From a virus, in IMG/VR virus record IMGVR_UViG_3300027857_000001, positions 71,302 through 135,301 of that record: a stretch of 64,000 nucleotides of DNA. One strand, 5' to 3'. Below, piece after piece: positions 9,957 to 19,769 of the stretch. The translations under genes and the position numbers were made by a program. Every line of letters begins with the position of its first letter. The stretch's first letter is position 1. A model generated the notes under the pieces. That model saw nothing but the letters and a program-made list of their open reading frames with translations. It was not told the origin of the DNA and made no database searches.

Positions 9957-10625
9957 ATGACCCACTTCACCCTAATCAGGGCCCGGTCCCAGCCTGACGG
10001 CATCCTGCCCGGCAGTGACAACACAGGCCAGCCGCCTATTGTCACGGCCAACCCGCGCTGCCTGCTGCCCTCGGAGGTATTCGGCGACACCGAGACGGAA
10101 CTGCTCGGGCACGCCTGGGAACTGGCCGGACTGGAGCCGCGCGGGCCGGTCACCGAAGACGAAGGCGACGCTGAGTGCCCGGACGGCTGGACCATCACGA
10201 GTCGCACGGCGGACCTGTCCGCGATGCTCGGACCGCAGGCCGCCCAGATCCTCGACGCGATCGCCGAGGCAGAGAAAACCCTGGTCAGCGGCGGTCCTGG
10301 CGACGCGACAGAGGTCGCGGAGGCGTACCACGCTGCTGTCGAGGCGGACTACCGGGCCATCGACACCGCGGCCGACGCCGCAGTCGCCGCGCTGGAAGCG
10401 TACGGAGCGGACGGGGACTGGTGGGCCGGGATCGGCGCCTGCCAGTACGGCCGGGGCGAGATCCTCGCCCTCGCCGCCCGCGACCTCACCGGCACCACGA
10501 CGGAATGGGCACAGGAGGCTTACGGCACCCTGACCCGGCCCTGGCTGACCGCATTCGGTCGGCCGGTTCACCCAGATGACAAGACGGCTACGGCCGGGAA
10601 GGAACAGTTATGCCACTCCCAGTAA
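9957..10625 (+). CDS. hypothetical protein
   Basis: 222-aa ORF in the rightward operon. Confidence 0.55.
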   Translation: MTHFTLIRARSQPDGILPGSDNTGQPPIVTANPRCLLPSEVFGDTETELLGHAWELAGLEPRGPVTEDEGDAECPDGWTITSRTADLSAMLGPQAAQILDAIAEAEKTLVSGGPGDATEVAEAYHAAVEADYRAIDTAADAAVAALEAYGADGDWWAGIGACQYGRGEILALAARDLTGTTTEWAQEAYGTLTRPWLTAFGRPVHPDDKTATAGKEQLCHSQ

Positions 10626-10930
10626 TGACCCCTGAGCAGCGCGCCGAGGCGCTCCGCAAGGCCGCCGCATCCCGCGCCGCCAGCTCGGCCGCGCTCGCGA
10701 AGGTCCGCAGCGGAGAGATCACCGTCGCCGACGTCCTCGACAGCGACGACTCCCCGCTGCTGGCCGCACCCGTCCGCCGCGTCCTGCTCGCCGTCCCCGG
10801 CATCGGCTCCGCGAAGGCGGACAAGATCCTCGCCGAGGTCGGCATCGACGGGAAGCGGCGCTTCCGGGGCCTCGGCGTCCAGCAGCGGGCCATCCTGCGT
10901 GACCTCGCCGAGAAGTTTCCCGCACCCTGA
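10610..10930 (+). CDS. mihF: actinobacterial integration host factor homologue
   Basis: MPLP.MTPEQRAEALRKAAA.R...VRRVLLAVPGIGSAKADKILAEVGI...RRFRGLG..QR (H2TH fold of mIHF/sIHF). Confidence 0.88.
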   Translation: MPLPVMTPEQRAEALRKAAASRAASSAALAKVRSGEITVADVLDSDDSPLLAAPVRRVLLAVPGIGSAKADKILAEVGIDGKRRFRGLGVQQRAILRDLAEKFPAP

Positions 10931-10937
10931 CCCTCCA

Positions 10938-10978
10938 TCCCGCACCCGCCCGGTCCCCGCTTCCGGGCGGGTGCGGGA
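10938..10978 (+). terminator. 16-bp-stem hairpin after mihF
   Basis: TCCCGCACCCGCCCGG-9 nt-CCGGGCGGGTGCGGGA. Confidence 0.65.
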
Positions 10979-11013
10979 ACCGCCCCGAAGACGACAACCC
11001 GAGGACACCTGAC

Positions 11014-12300
11014 ATGGCACCCCTTACGCTCCCGAACCCGCCGCGCTTCTGGCGCAAAGGCGAGACGCTGGCGTGGCCTCAGCGCAAGCAGGACGACGCC
11101 AGGACCGCCATCGACGGCGACACGGTGATACGCCTGCTGACCGCCTTCGTGGTCCTGGCGGTCGCAAGCTTTGCGGCAGTGATCAGCTACAGCCATATCT
11201 TCTTCCTCGGACGCCACCACGGCCAGGATGGCACTGCCGCGCGGCTGCTGCCGCTGTCGGTCGACGGGCTGATCGCCGCCGCGTCTCTTGTCATGCTCCA
11301 CGCGGCAAGAAACAGGCTCTCGGTGCCGTGGCTGGCGCGCGCCATGCTGGCAACCGGCGTCGGAGCCACCGTCGCCGCCAACGTGGCGTATGGCCTGCCC
11401 TTTGGCGTTGCTGGCGCACTGGTCAGCGCATGGCCTGCCGTCGCGTTCGTAGGCTCGGTTGAGATGGCCGTCCGGTTCGTGCGTGACGCACGCCATGCCG
11501 CCACGGCACCGGCAGTAGAGCAGACAGAACACCGGACAGCCGGCCGGACAGAAACCGGCGCCGAAGGCGACAGCAAAACGGCAGATGCCCAGGCCGGCTC
11601 TGACAACCTGCCGGACAGAGACTTGGCCAGAATGCCGGACAGCGTGGCGGACAGGGACCGCCGCGAACGCCGCCACCGCCAGCCGTCAGCACGCGCCCGC
11701 GCCGTCACCACGCTGCGCCGCAACCCGGCACTGACTGACGCCGAAGTGGCGAAGAAAACTGGCGTGTCGGAGCGCACTGTCCAGCGCGCCAGGGAAGACC
11801 TCGCGGCGACGGCCAAATTACAGAGGAGCAGACCCATGACCACGACAGAGACCGGGCAGCCATACGAGCGCACCGACGGCCCGGTGAACCTGTGGTTCAG
11901 CCTCAGCTACGCGAACTTCCTGGTGTGGCACCGGACCCACATGCAGTCGATGCCGCTGGACTGGCAGGACCGTTTCGTGGAGCTGGCGGAAGAACTCGAG
12001 GCGGCCTTCCCGGACCACGCGGCGACCGGGTACGAGGTCGCCACCGTCCGCGACGCGTACGTCAGCGAGCTGACCGTTGCCGAGATGGAACAGCTCGGCA
12101 TCACCGCGGATGGCGAATCCGGTGAGTACTACGACCGCAACGGCCGGACCCTCCACAGCTTCCAGCATGTCGGCATCCCGGTCCCCGACCCGGTTCCGCA
12201 CTACCGCCGGTCTTACCTGCCTCCCGATGAGGAGGCCATAGCTGCTGTCCGGGCAGCCCGCACTGCGAATCACTGTAGTGATGACCGGTTATCCGGCTGA
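11014..12300 (+). CDS. DUF2637-like membrane protein with HTH, in frame with a second phage-type domain (internal RBS and ATG at 11836)
   Basis: AAVISYSHI..LLPLSVDGL..ATVAANV..AWPAVA; GAGGAG precedes ATG 11836 with no intervening stop. Confidence 0.75.
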   Translation: MAPLTLPNPPRFWRKGETLAWPQRKQDDARTAIDGDTVIRLLTAFVVLAVASFAAVISYSHIFFLGRHHGQDGTAARLLPLSVDGLIAAASLVMLHAARNRLSVPWLARAMLATGVGATVAANVAYGLPFGVAGALVSAWPAVAFVGSVEMAVRFVRDARHAATAPAVEQTEHRTAGRTETGAEGDSKTADAQAGSDNLPDRDLARMPDSVADRDRRERRHRQPSARARAVTTLRRNPALTDAEVAKKTGVSERTVQRAREDLAATAKLQRSRPMTTTETGQPYERTDGPVNLWFSLSYANFLVWHRTHMQSMPLDWQDRFVELAEELEAAFPDHAATGYEVATVRDAYVSELTVAEMEQLGITADGESGEYYDRNGRTLHSFQHVGIPVPDPVPHYRRSYLPPDEEAIAAVRAARTANHCSDDRLSG

Positions 12301-15251
12301 CGCGGCATATCGCCGGGCACCCAGGTCACCCCTAGTTCCGTGAGCACCTCCTGGGCCTCGGGATGAATCTTCCCGCCGCGGCGGACGACCGCCTTCTTGT
12401 TCGCCAGCCACTGCCCCAGCTTCAGGCCATCCGGCGTGACATACGTGCCGGGCACCATAGCGTGCCCGTTCTCGGCGTGCCAGGCGCGCAGCGCCGCGAT
12501 CATCCCGGGCTGATTCCGCCTCCTGGGCGGGTGCCACCGCACCCGTAGTTCCTCCAGTGCCTCGCGCGTGGCGGGCAGCACCGTGTCCCCGCGTGCGAGC
12601 TGGGCTTTCTTGTTGCGAAGCCATTGCCCGAGCCGCAGGCCATCAGCCGTTACGTACCGGTACGGCACGTCCGCGTTCCCGTTCTCGGCGCGGTACGCAC
12701 GCAGCGCCGCGATCATCTCGGACTGGTCGCGGTCTCGCGGGCTGCCCCATTCGATCCCGAGTTCTTCCAGCGCGGCTGCCCTGTCTGGCGCGAGCCTCCC
12801 GGCGGCATAATCTTTGCGGCGGTTGCTCAGCCATGAGCCGAGCGCCTTGATCCGCTTGCCGGCCGCAGGGTGCGGGATGCGCAGGTGACCGTGCTCGCGG
12901 CGGAAATCGCGGCAGTCCTCCAGCCCGTCAAGCCAGGACGGCTCGCCCGGGTCCAGCGGCACCCCGAGTTCCTCGAGCGCCGCCGTCCTGGCGGGGGCGA
13001 GCATCCCGGAACGCCACTGCTTCCGGGCGCCGGTGAGCCATGGGCTCAGCCTGATGCCCCGAGGCGTCCGGTAATCGCGCGGGAGGACGCAGTGACCGTG
13101 CTCCGCGATGAACTCCCGGAGCGCCTCCAGGTTGTCATCCCATGTCCATCTCGGGCTCCAGTCGATCCTGAGCCGTTCCAGGACGGCCGCGCGCTCCGCA
13201 GCCAGCTCGCCCTTCCGGTACTGGCCGCGCAGCATGACGATCCACGTGCCGAGCTTCACGCCGCTGACCGGAGGGTGCCCGGACGGGACGTTGATGTGCC
13301 CGTGGACGGCGTGGTACTCGCGCGCGGCAGCGAGGTTCCGCTCCCACGCGTCTCCCAGGTCCCACCGCATGCCGAGCGCTTCCAGGGCCGCGGCACGGCC
13401 GGATGCGAGCTTCCCGGCCCGGTAGTCATCACGCCGGCTGTCGATCCACGTGCCGAGACGGAACCCGTCGTCAGCGGCATACCGCTGCGGGACGTCAAGA
13501 TGGCCGTGCTCCGCCCGGTACGCGGCAGCCGCCCGGATGCCTGCCTGCCAGGCGGCTTCCGCGTGCACGGCCCCCATGTCCCAGACCATGCCTAGCTCGT
13601 CGAGCTTCGCGACCCTGTCAGGCGGGAGCTCTCCCCGCTTGCGCGCTGTCCGCTGGCCCGCGATCCACCGGCCGAGCAGGTACCCGTCAGGTTCCGGCTG
13701 GTCGACGGGAACGCGCAGGTGCCCGTGCCCGGCACGCCAGGCGACGGCGCGGGCGTACCCGTCCAGCCACCGGCTCGTGGTCGCATTCAGCAGCCTGAGT
13801 TCCAGCGCGCGGGCGAACGCGGCCGTGACCGGCTGCCCGGCCAGGCTCAGCCACTGCGGCGCATCCAGGATCCCGCCCTTCCCCTCCCTCGCCCCCCAGG
13901 CGGTGACTCGGACGCGGCCCTCGTCGAGCCAGTCGCTGAGCCGCTCGTCATGCGACCGCAGTGCCCGCACGACCCGCCATACCGTGTCGAACTGCGACCC
14001 TTCCAGCGCCGCCTCAGGGTTCTCGGCCGCATTCAGGAGGACAGGCACGATGACCGTCGCGATCTTCCCCTCCGCCGTACCGCGCCGGAGCGCACGCCCG
14101 ACCGCCTGGACCACGTCGGTCGCGGAGTCACGGGGATCGGCGAACAGCACCGCGTCCAGCTCCGGGATGTCCACTCCCTCGGCAAGTACCTGGCAGTTGC
14201 TCACCACCACAGTCCGGTCGCGCGGGTGGTCCAGGTGCCGCAGGATGTCGCGGCGCTGCCAGGGCGGCATCTGCCCGTCCACCGCCTGCGCTGCGACGAT
14301 CGCGGGCCTCTCGCCGGCGGGCAGCAGGCCGGCGGCATTCAGCAGGGTTTCCGCGAACCGGTGCGCGGTCGCCACCCTGGAGTGGTAGGTGATCACGCGC
14401 CGCAGGTTCCACTGTGCCGAGGCTTTGAGTGCCGCGATCTGGGCGGCGAGCATCCCGGCGGTGACCGGCGGCCCGTCCGCCGATACGATCCGGTTCGCGG
14501 CCGGCGCGGTCAGGCGCGCGACCTCCGCGTCAGTGACGACCACCACGGCGACCCTGTAGTCGGCCAGCAGTCCCGCCTCGATCGCGTCAGCGAAGGCCAG
14601 CCGGAACACTTCCGGCCCGAACACTGCCTCCTTGTCCATGCTGACTGTCTCGTATCGTTCCGACGACATGATCCGGGGCGTCGCCGTCATGTAGAGCCGC
14701 CGTGCCGCCGGGATGGCCGTGTCGTAGTTGATGACGTTCCAGGCCCGGTCGGTACGGCCCGCCGCCCGGTGCGCCTCGTCGATCACGGCCAGGTCCCATC
14801 CGGGAACACCGGGCGCGGTATGCGCGGCGGCGACTGCGGGCAGCGAGCTGTAGGTGGTGAACACCGTGACCCGCCTGCCGCTCCGGAGCCATGCCGCGAT
14901 GCCGCCAGGATCGGTGGACACCCCGCCGTTCAGGTGCGCCAGCGCCGGCCGCAGCCGCGCCGCTTCGGCCTGCGCGGAGTGATCCGAGCAGGCGGCGCCG
15001 ATCACCCCGGCGTTTTCCCCCAGCCATGCGGCGTACACCCGGGCGGTCTGTGCGAGCAGGTCCAGCGTCGGGACCACGACCAGGACTTTCCCTGACGCAG
15101 CTACCAGCCGGGACACCTCAGCTCCGACCAGGGTCTTCCCGGTGCCGCACGCCATGATCACCTGGCACCTTCCCCCGCTCGCGAGGGCAGCCGAGGCGGC
15201 CCTGACGGCGTCCGCCTGGTGCGGCCACAGCGGCTGCGCGGACCGGGTCAC
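12270..15251 (-). CDS. SF2 (DEAD/DEAH) helicase with seven C-terminal helicase-associated (HA) repeats, TtrA-like
   Basis: MACGTGKT, IDEAH, MTATPR, EGVDIP, QAVGRALR; seven ~62-aa repeats with HGH..VP...LG.W...R..L..LG..W. Confidence 0.92.
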   Translation of the reverse strand: MTRSAQPLWPHQADAVRAASAALASGGRCQVIMACGTGKTLVGAEVSRLVAASGKVLVVVPTLDLLAQTARVYAAWLGENAGVIGAACSDHSAQAEAARLRPALAHLNGGVSTDPGGIAAWLRSGRRVTVFTTYSSLPAVAAAHTAPGVPGWDLAVIDEAHRAAGRTDRAWNVINYDTAIPAARRLYMTATPRIMSSERYETVSMDKEAVFGPEVFRLAFADAIEAGLLADYRVAVVVVTDAEVARLTAPAANRIVSADGPPVTAGMLAAQIAALKASAQWNLRRVITYHSRVATAHRFAETLLNAAGLLPAGERPAIVAAQAVDGQMPPWQRRDILRHLDHPRDRTVVVSNCQVLAEGVDIPELDAVLFADPRDSATDVVQAVGRALRRGTAEGKIATVIVPVLLNAAENPEAALEGSQFDTVWRVVRALRSHDERLSDWLDEGRVRVTAWGAREGKGGILDAPQWLSLAGQPVTAAFARALELRLLNATTSRWLDGYARAVAWRAGHGHLRVPVDQPEPDGYLLGRWIAGQRTARKRGELPPDRVAKLDELGMVWDMGAVHAEAAWQAGIRAAAAYRAEHGHLDVPQRYAADDGFRLGTWIDSRRDDYRAGKLASGRAAALEALGMRWDLGDAWERNLAAAREYHAVHGHINVPSGHPPVSGVKLGTWIVMLRGQYRKGELAAERAAVLERLRIDWSPRWTWDDNLEALREFIAEHGHCVLPRDYRTPRGIRLSPWLTGARKQWRSGMLAPARTAALEELGVPLDPGEPSWLDGLEDCRDFRREHGHLRIPHPAAGKRIKALGSWLSNRRKDYAAGRLAPDRAAALEELGIEWGSPRDRDQSEMIAALRAYRAENGNADVPYRYVTADGLRLGQWLRNKKAQLARGDTVLPATREALEELRVRWHPPRRRNQPGMIAALRAWHAENGHAMVPGTYVTPDGLKLGQWLANKKAVVRRGGKIHPEAQEVLTELGVTWVPGDMPRQPDNRSSLQ

Positions 15252-15820
15252 TGCTCCGTAACCCGCAGTCCTGCCGCGGCGAATCCCTCCGCGCTGTCCG
15301 CCCGGAACCCGTCGTCAGGGTCCCGCCACTGCCCGCCGTCACGCGGCTGGACGTCCTGCCACCAGCGGGAGATCGCGTCGGCCAGGGCGTGATCCGCTGC
15401 CGGGCCCAGCGACCCGAGGTAATCCAGCAGGACGGACTCGTCAAAGCCGTGCTTGCGGCCGTAGCTGCTGCAGTCCCCGGCCGGCCCGGACCTGGCGAGG
15501 CGGAACGCGTCGTGACACTGGGCGAATACCATGCCGATCCCGGTGCTGACAGCCGGCTCGATGTCCGGAGAGTTCAGCACCTCCGCGACTGCGATCGCCT
15601 GCGGCAGGGAGAGCCGGATCCGGGCAAGCTCGGCGGCCAGGACTGCCCGCCACAGGCCGATCTCGGTCGCTGCCTGGGTGTTCTTCGACACGATCTGGGC
15701 GCGCGGCATGCGGCCCATCCGGGACGCGAGCCACCGGCCGGTCTCTGCGCTGGCGCGGAACTCGACCCGCACTGAGCCGGCGGCCGGGCGCCCGCGCTTG
15801 CGGTGCCCGACGGCGGTCAC
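15248..15820 (-). CDS. hypothetical protein, basic N-terminus (possible DNA binding)
   Basis: RKRGRP motif; GTGA-coupled to the helicase. Confidence 0.6.
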   Translation of the reverse strand: MTAVGHRKRGRPAAGSVRVEFRASAETGRWLASRMGRMPRAQIVSKNTQAATEIGLWRAVLAAELARIRLSLPQAIAVAEVLNSPDIEPAVSTGIGMVFAQCHDAFRLARSGPAGDCSSYGRKHGFDESVLLDYLGSLGPAADHALADAISRWWQDVQPRDGGQWRDPDDGFRADSAEGFAAAGLRVTEQ

Positions 15821-16248
15821 AGGGAGGCCGCGGCGTGCTTGTAGGTGACGGTCTCCATGACCTCACCGGTAACCGGGTCGCTGCCCCACGTGTCGGTGAG
15901 CCGGACGAGGTCGCAGCAGCCGCAGGACTCGCGGATGAGGACGCCGCCGCCGCTGCCCCGGACGCTTTCCTCCTGCCAGTCGTGCGCTGCGTCAGCCGGA
16001 GTGCACGCGGGCTCGGCCGGCTGGAATGTGTGCGTCACGGTACGCCAGCCGGCCTGGTACTCGCCGCCGTCTTCGCCGGTCTCGACGCGGGTGACCTGGG
16101 CGCGGACACGGAACGTCCTGCCTGACTGCTCCTGGCCGTAGTCTCCGGTGCGGAGCAGTTCCAGGGCGTGCGCTTCGGCGGCAGCCTCGTTCGCGGCCTC
16201 GAACCGCTCGTCGTATCCGCTGTCCTCGCGGTAGATGTACGTGGCCAT
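15817..16248 (-). CDS. hypothetical phage protein
   Basis: GAGGAG RBS, acidic 143 aa. Confidence 0.6.
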   Translation of the reverse strand: MATYIYREDSGYDERFEAANEAAAEAHALELLRTGDYGQEQSGRTFRVRAQVTRVETGEDGGEYQAGWRTVTHTFQPAEPACTPADAAHDWQEESVRGSGGGVLIRESCGCCDLVRLTDTWGSDPVTGEVMETVTYKHAAASL

Positions 16249-16260
16249 GGGGCGTTCTCC

Positions 16261-16611
16261 TCAGAAGTCTCCGGCGTCGCAGGTGCCGGTCACGGTGACG
16301 GCGGCGAGCGCGGCGGGGGTCATGAGCCGGTAGGTGACGTGCCGGCGGTTCACCGGGGTCTCGTCGTCGTAGACGATGACGTCGGCGCCGTAGCTGCCGC
16401 CGAAGTCGGAGGCGGCGGTGTTCTCGTCGCGGTCCCAGTCGCCAGGGGCATCGATGACGACGAGGCCGGTGAGGTCGATGTCCACGGTGTGCAGGTAGTG
16501 GGCCTGACAGGCGGCGAACGCGTAGTCGCGGGCCGCGTCGTCGTCCTCGGCGAGGCACAGGCCCTCGTGGAGAGCTGGTGTCTGGCTGCTGCTGCCGTGG
16601 TACATCCTCAT
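16261..16611 (-). CDS. hypothetical protein with YHGS start motif, probably leaderless
   Basis: ATG 16611 lies 7 nt after a -10 TACAGT. Confidence 0.6.
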   Translation of the reverse strand: MRMYHGSSSQTPALHEGLCLAEDDDAARDYAFAACQAHYLHTVDIDLTGLVVIDAPGDWDRDENTAASDFGGSYGADVIVYDDETPVNRRHVTYRLMTPAALAAVTVTGTCDAGDF

Positions 16612-16618
16612 AACCATT

Positions 16619-16650
16619 ACTGTAGACCAAAACACAATATCTGTCTACAG
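16619..16650 (-). promoter_or_regulatory. sigma70/HrdB-type promoter TAGACA-N17-TACAGT overlapped by inverted repeat CTGTAGAC...GTCTACAG
   Basis: -35 at 16642-16647, -10 at 16619-16624; IR arms at 16620-16627 and 16643-16650. Confidence 0.7.
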
Positions 16651-17024
16651 AAATTCTGCCGCTAATTCTCCGGATTCTCCCTGGCGACCCGGCGGCTCAC
16701 CGGCCTGCCCGTCCATGTACAGCAGCCGCGCCGGTAGGATTGACATAGCGCACTCGCGCCCATCTGCCTGCCAGTCCCCCCTGATCGGTGCTGTCTCCCC
16801 GTGATCACCGCCGTACTGCTCATCGCCATGTCCGCCGCGATCCTGCTCATCGTCTTCATGCCGGAACTTGACTCGCCGCGCAACGACGAGCCCCGCCAGG
16901 AGGACCGGGAACCGCAGGATAGACGGGACCAGGCGGACGCGCAGCTCGCCGCCTGACACGCCCGGAACCGTCCCGGCCGTCGGCGGCCTTTGCGTCTCCT
17001 GTCCCGGCAGGTCATCATGGGCGC

Positions 17025-18158
17025 ATGCCGCGCTTGCGTTCAGGGTCCCTTCCGCGCCGGCCCGCAGCTGACGGGGGCGAGCAGCAGGAGTGCGGCCGCG
17101 GCGACTGGTGCTCGTCCAGGACCCGGGACCAGGACGGCGTGTGGCGCCCCGCTCTCACCTGGCAGGCGTTCTGCTCGTCCGACACCGGCGTCATCAGGCA
17201 GCAGGCCACGCAGATCCCGGCGCTGATCGGGCTGCTCGCCGACCCGCGTACCCGCGTGCTGGCCCGCCCTGGCCGTCCCGGGCGCCGGGTACCGCCCGGG
17301 CCGAGGGTGAACGCCGCCGTCGCGGCCGACGCGCTGCAGCGCGAGGCGGCGGCACTGCTCGGCGGCTGGGCGGCCCGGGTCCGTGCCGTCCCGGGCCTCG
17401 GCATCACCGAACCTGGCAGCATGCCGGGGACGGCGGAGCGGCTCGCTGCCGACTGCCGGGACCTGGCGCTGTACACGGTGCCGCTGCTGGCGCTGCAGCC
17501 AGGCTGGACGACCCGCACCTACAGCCTGCCCGCCGGCCGGGACGGCGGGGTCGTCCGCTCCCGCGGCACCTGCCGCCTGTGCGGGCGGGCAGTCACCCGC
17601 AGTCCCGTCTCAGGCTGGTGGTGGGCACTGGACGGTGCCGCGGCGTTCTGCGACCACGACCCGGGCCGGATCCCGGGTGCCGTGACGCCGGGCCCGGTAC
17701 CGGACGACCTCGCCGCGCAGATCGGCGATGACGAGATCACCGTGTGCGGCGACGGGTGGGTCAGGGTCATGACCCGGCGGGACGGCCGGTCAGCCGGGCT
17801 GGAGATCCTCGAGCTGCATTACCGCGGCCGCCGGCTCGCCGGCTGCGTCCCCGCGCCGAGGGTCCGGCTCGACGGGGTCCCGTGCCGCCGCCAGGACTGC
17901 GACCAGATGGCACTGGAGCTCGCCGAGCCTCCCTCTGACCCGTCGCTGCCCGCGATGCACTCACGGTGCGCCGCGTGCCGTGACGAGATGACACGGGAAG
18001 AGTACGACGAGTGGGCTGCCCGGTATGCCCGGTGGGCGCAGTCCGCGGGGACGTTCCCGTGCAGCAGGTGCCGGCTGGGACGCTGCGGCGAGTGCCGGTG
18101 GGACGCGTGCCAGTGCCGCGCGGGAGGGCACGCCGGCCACGCCGGCGAGGCTGCCTGA
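17025..18158 (+). CDS. Cys-rich phage hypothetical protein (possible late regulator)
   Basis: several CxxC pairs; precedes an HTH gene; start uncertain. Confidence 0.55.
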   Translation: MPRLRSGSLPRRPAADGGEQQECGRGDWCSSRTRDQDGVWRPALTWQAFCSSDTGVIRQQATQIPALIGLLADPRTRVLARPGRPGRRVPPGPRVNAAVAADALQREAAALLGGWAARVRAVPGLGITEPGSMPGTAERLAADCRDLALYTVPLLALQPGWTTRTYSLPAGRDGGVVRSRGTCRLCGRAVTRSPVSGWWWALDGAAAFCDHDPGRIPGAVTPGPVPDDLAAQIGDDEITVCGDGWVRVMTRRDGRSAGLEILELHYRGRRLAGCVPAPRVRLDGVPCRRQDCDQMALELAEPPSDPSLPAMHSRCAACRDEMTREEYDEWAARYARWAQSAGTFPCSRCRLGRCGECRWDACQCRAGGHAGHAGEAA

Positions 18159-18263
18159 ACCGGTTGCGGCACCCCAGACCACCCCGGTATCATTAGCTGC
18201 ACCAGCCATTACCATGCCCCGGGAGCGCCACCCGTCCCGGGGTATCACTGTCTGCAGGGGCAG

Positions 18264-18533
18264 GTGAGCAGCATGCTCCCCGCCCGCGGCGACGGCTACC
18301 TGACGACCCCCGAGGCGGCGAGGCTCGCCGGCGTGGAGCCGGTGACGATCCGGAAATGGCGCCGGATGGGCTACCTCGCCGTGCAGGGTCTCGACGAGCG
18401 CGGCTACCCGCTCCACACCGCCGAGGCGGTGGCCGCGGCGGAGAAGCATGTCCGGGACCGGGGCATCATGTGGTCGGGGGTGGACCCCCGGGCGGTACGC
18501 AAGAGCACCCGCCGCCTGAGCGGCGCCGCCTGA
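18264..18533 (+). CDS. MerR/excisionase-like HTH DNA-binding protein
   Basis: YLTTPEAARLAGVEPVTIRKWRRMGYL. Confidence 0.75.
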   Translation: MSSMLPARGDGYLTTPEAARLAGVEPVTIRKWRRMGYLAVQGLDERGYPLHTAEAVAAAEKHVRDRGIMWSGVDPRAVRKSTRRLSGAA

Positions 18534-18564
18534 GCGGCACCGTCCCCCGTCCTTCGTGCCCCGT

Positions 18565-19524
18565 TCACTCGCCGCGCATCTGCGCGGCGAAACCCGCGAA
18601 CCGGTCCCTCACGGTCTCATCCCGCGACGGCGCGCCCGCGAGTTCCCGGCATGCGGCACGGGCACGTTCCGGCCAGTCCCCGCCCGCCGCGTCCGCGACG
18701 GCCAGCAGAGGCCGCCAGATCTGCGCGGGACGCCCGTGGATCCCCGCCGGCACCTCCGGGACGGCTTTCGCGACCTGCCCGGCGACCTGCCCCGCCCAGA
18801 CCGCCATCCACCTGCGGATCTCTCCCGCCTTGCTCTCCGCGTACTCGTCCAGGTCGCGCGGCAGGTCATCCGCCGGCGCCGGCTCCATCCGTATCCGGAT
18901 TCCCCGCGACAAGGTTGCCTTCATCTGCTCCCCGGCGTTCTTCTCAAGCATGTCCAGCCCGGCGACCGCCATCGCGCCGAACACGCCGGTCCGCGTCGCC
19001 TTGCTCCCCGTCCCGTTGAGGACCGTGCCCGCGCGGGTGTACCCGCCGTTGATGACGGCCCGCACGGCACTCTTCCGTGCCCCGGCCCCGAACAGGATGT
19101 CAGCCTCGTCGATGAACACCGTCGCGTGCTCCTGGCTGACCGTCGCGACGAGGCCCGCGAACGACGGCTCCAGGTCCAGCCCGTAGTATGCCGGGGACAG
19201 CAGCCCGGTCGCCTCCAGCACCTGCGACTTCCCCGACCCGCCCGCCCGGGACAGCACGAACAGCCGCGGTGACGCCCGGGTCACCAGCACCCCGCCCGGG
19301 TCCCGCATCCACGCGTGGCCCAGCCACAGCGTCACCGTGTCGTACGCGGCAGCGGACGGCAGGCGCGTGTACGACCCGTACCAGCAGTCGCGGACCAGGC
19401 CGAGCAGCTGGTCACCCGGCACCCGCGCCGCCTCCGGGCACACCGCGCCGGAACCGCCCGGCGCTACCACCGTCCCGGTGATCGCCCCGCCGTCCCCCCG
19501 GGCCGCCACCACAGCACGGGCCAC
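18565..19524 (-). CDS. DUF3631-like P-loop protein (replication associated); frame is open upstream to 20196
   Basis: SRAGGSGKSQVL, TVFIDEAD, SRGIRIRM, QIWRPLLAVADAAGGDWPERAR. Confidence 0.8.
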   Translation of the reverse strand: MARAVVAARGDGGAITGTVVAPGGSGAVCPEAARVPGDQLLGLVRDCWYGSYTRLPSAAAYDTVTLWLGHAWMRDPGGVLVTRASPRLFVLSRAGGSGKSQVLEATGLLSPAYYGLDLEPSFAGLVATVSQEHATVFIDEADILFGAGARKSAVRAVINGGYTRAGTVLNGTGSKATRTGVFGAMAVAGLDMLEKNAGEQMKATLSRGIRIRMEPAPADDLPRDLDEYAESKAGEIRRWMAVWAGQVAGQVAKAVPEVPAGIHGRPAQIWRPLLAVADAAGGDWPERARAACRELAGAPSRDETVRDRFAGFAAQMRGE

Positions 19525-19526
19525 GT

Positions 19527-19769
19527 CTATCCGGCGCCGCGCCTCCTCCCGGTACGGATCCAGGCCTGCGGCTCCGGCTCCTCGCTGAACAGGTCCATCT
19601 GCCCGCCGTCCGCCTGCGGCACCGCCGGAACCTCCCGGGCCGGCAGCACCTCGCTCACAGGGAACAGCCCCGGCGGCAGCCCCCGGTACTTCCTCGGCAG
19701 CAAGCCCTCGTCGAAGTCCTCCGGCCTCATGTCCAGCCACGACAGCCCCTCCCTCCCCTCCCTGCCCAT
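19527..19769 (-). CDS. small hypothetical protein nested out of frame in the 18565-20196 ORF
   Basis: GAGGAGG RBS before ATG 19769; its stop lies 2 nt before GTG 19524. Confidence 0.45.
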   Translation of the reverse strand: MGREGREGLSWLDMRPEDFDEGLLPRKYRGLPPGLFPVSEVLPAREVPAVPQADGGQMDLFSEEPEPQAWIRTGRRRGAG

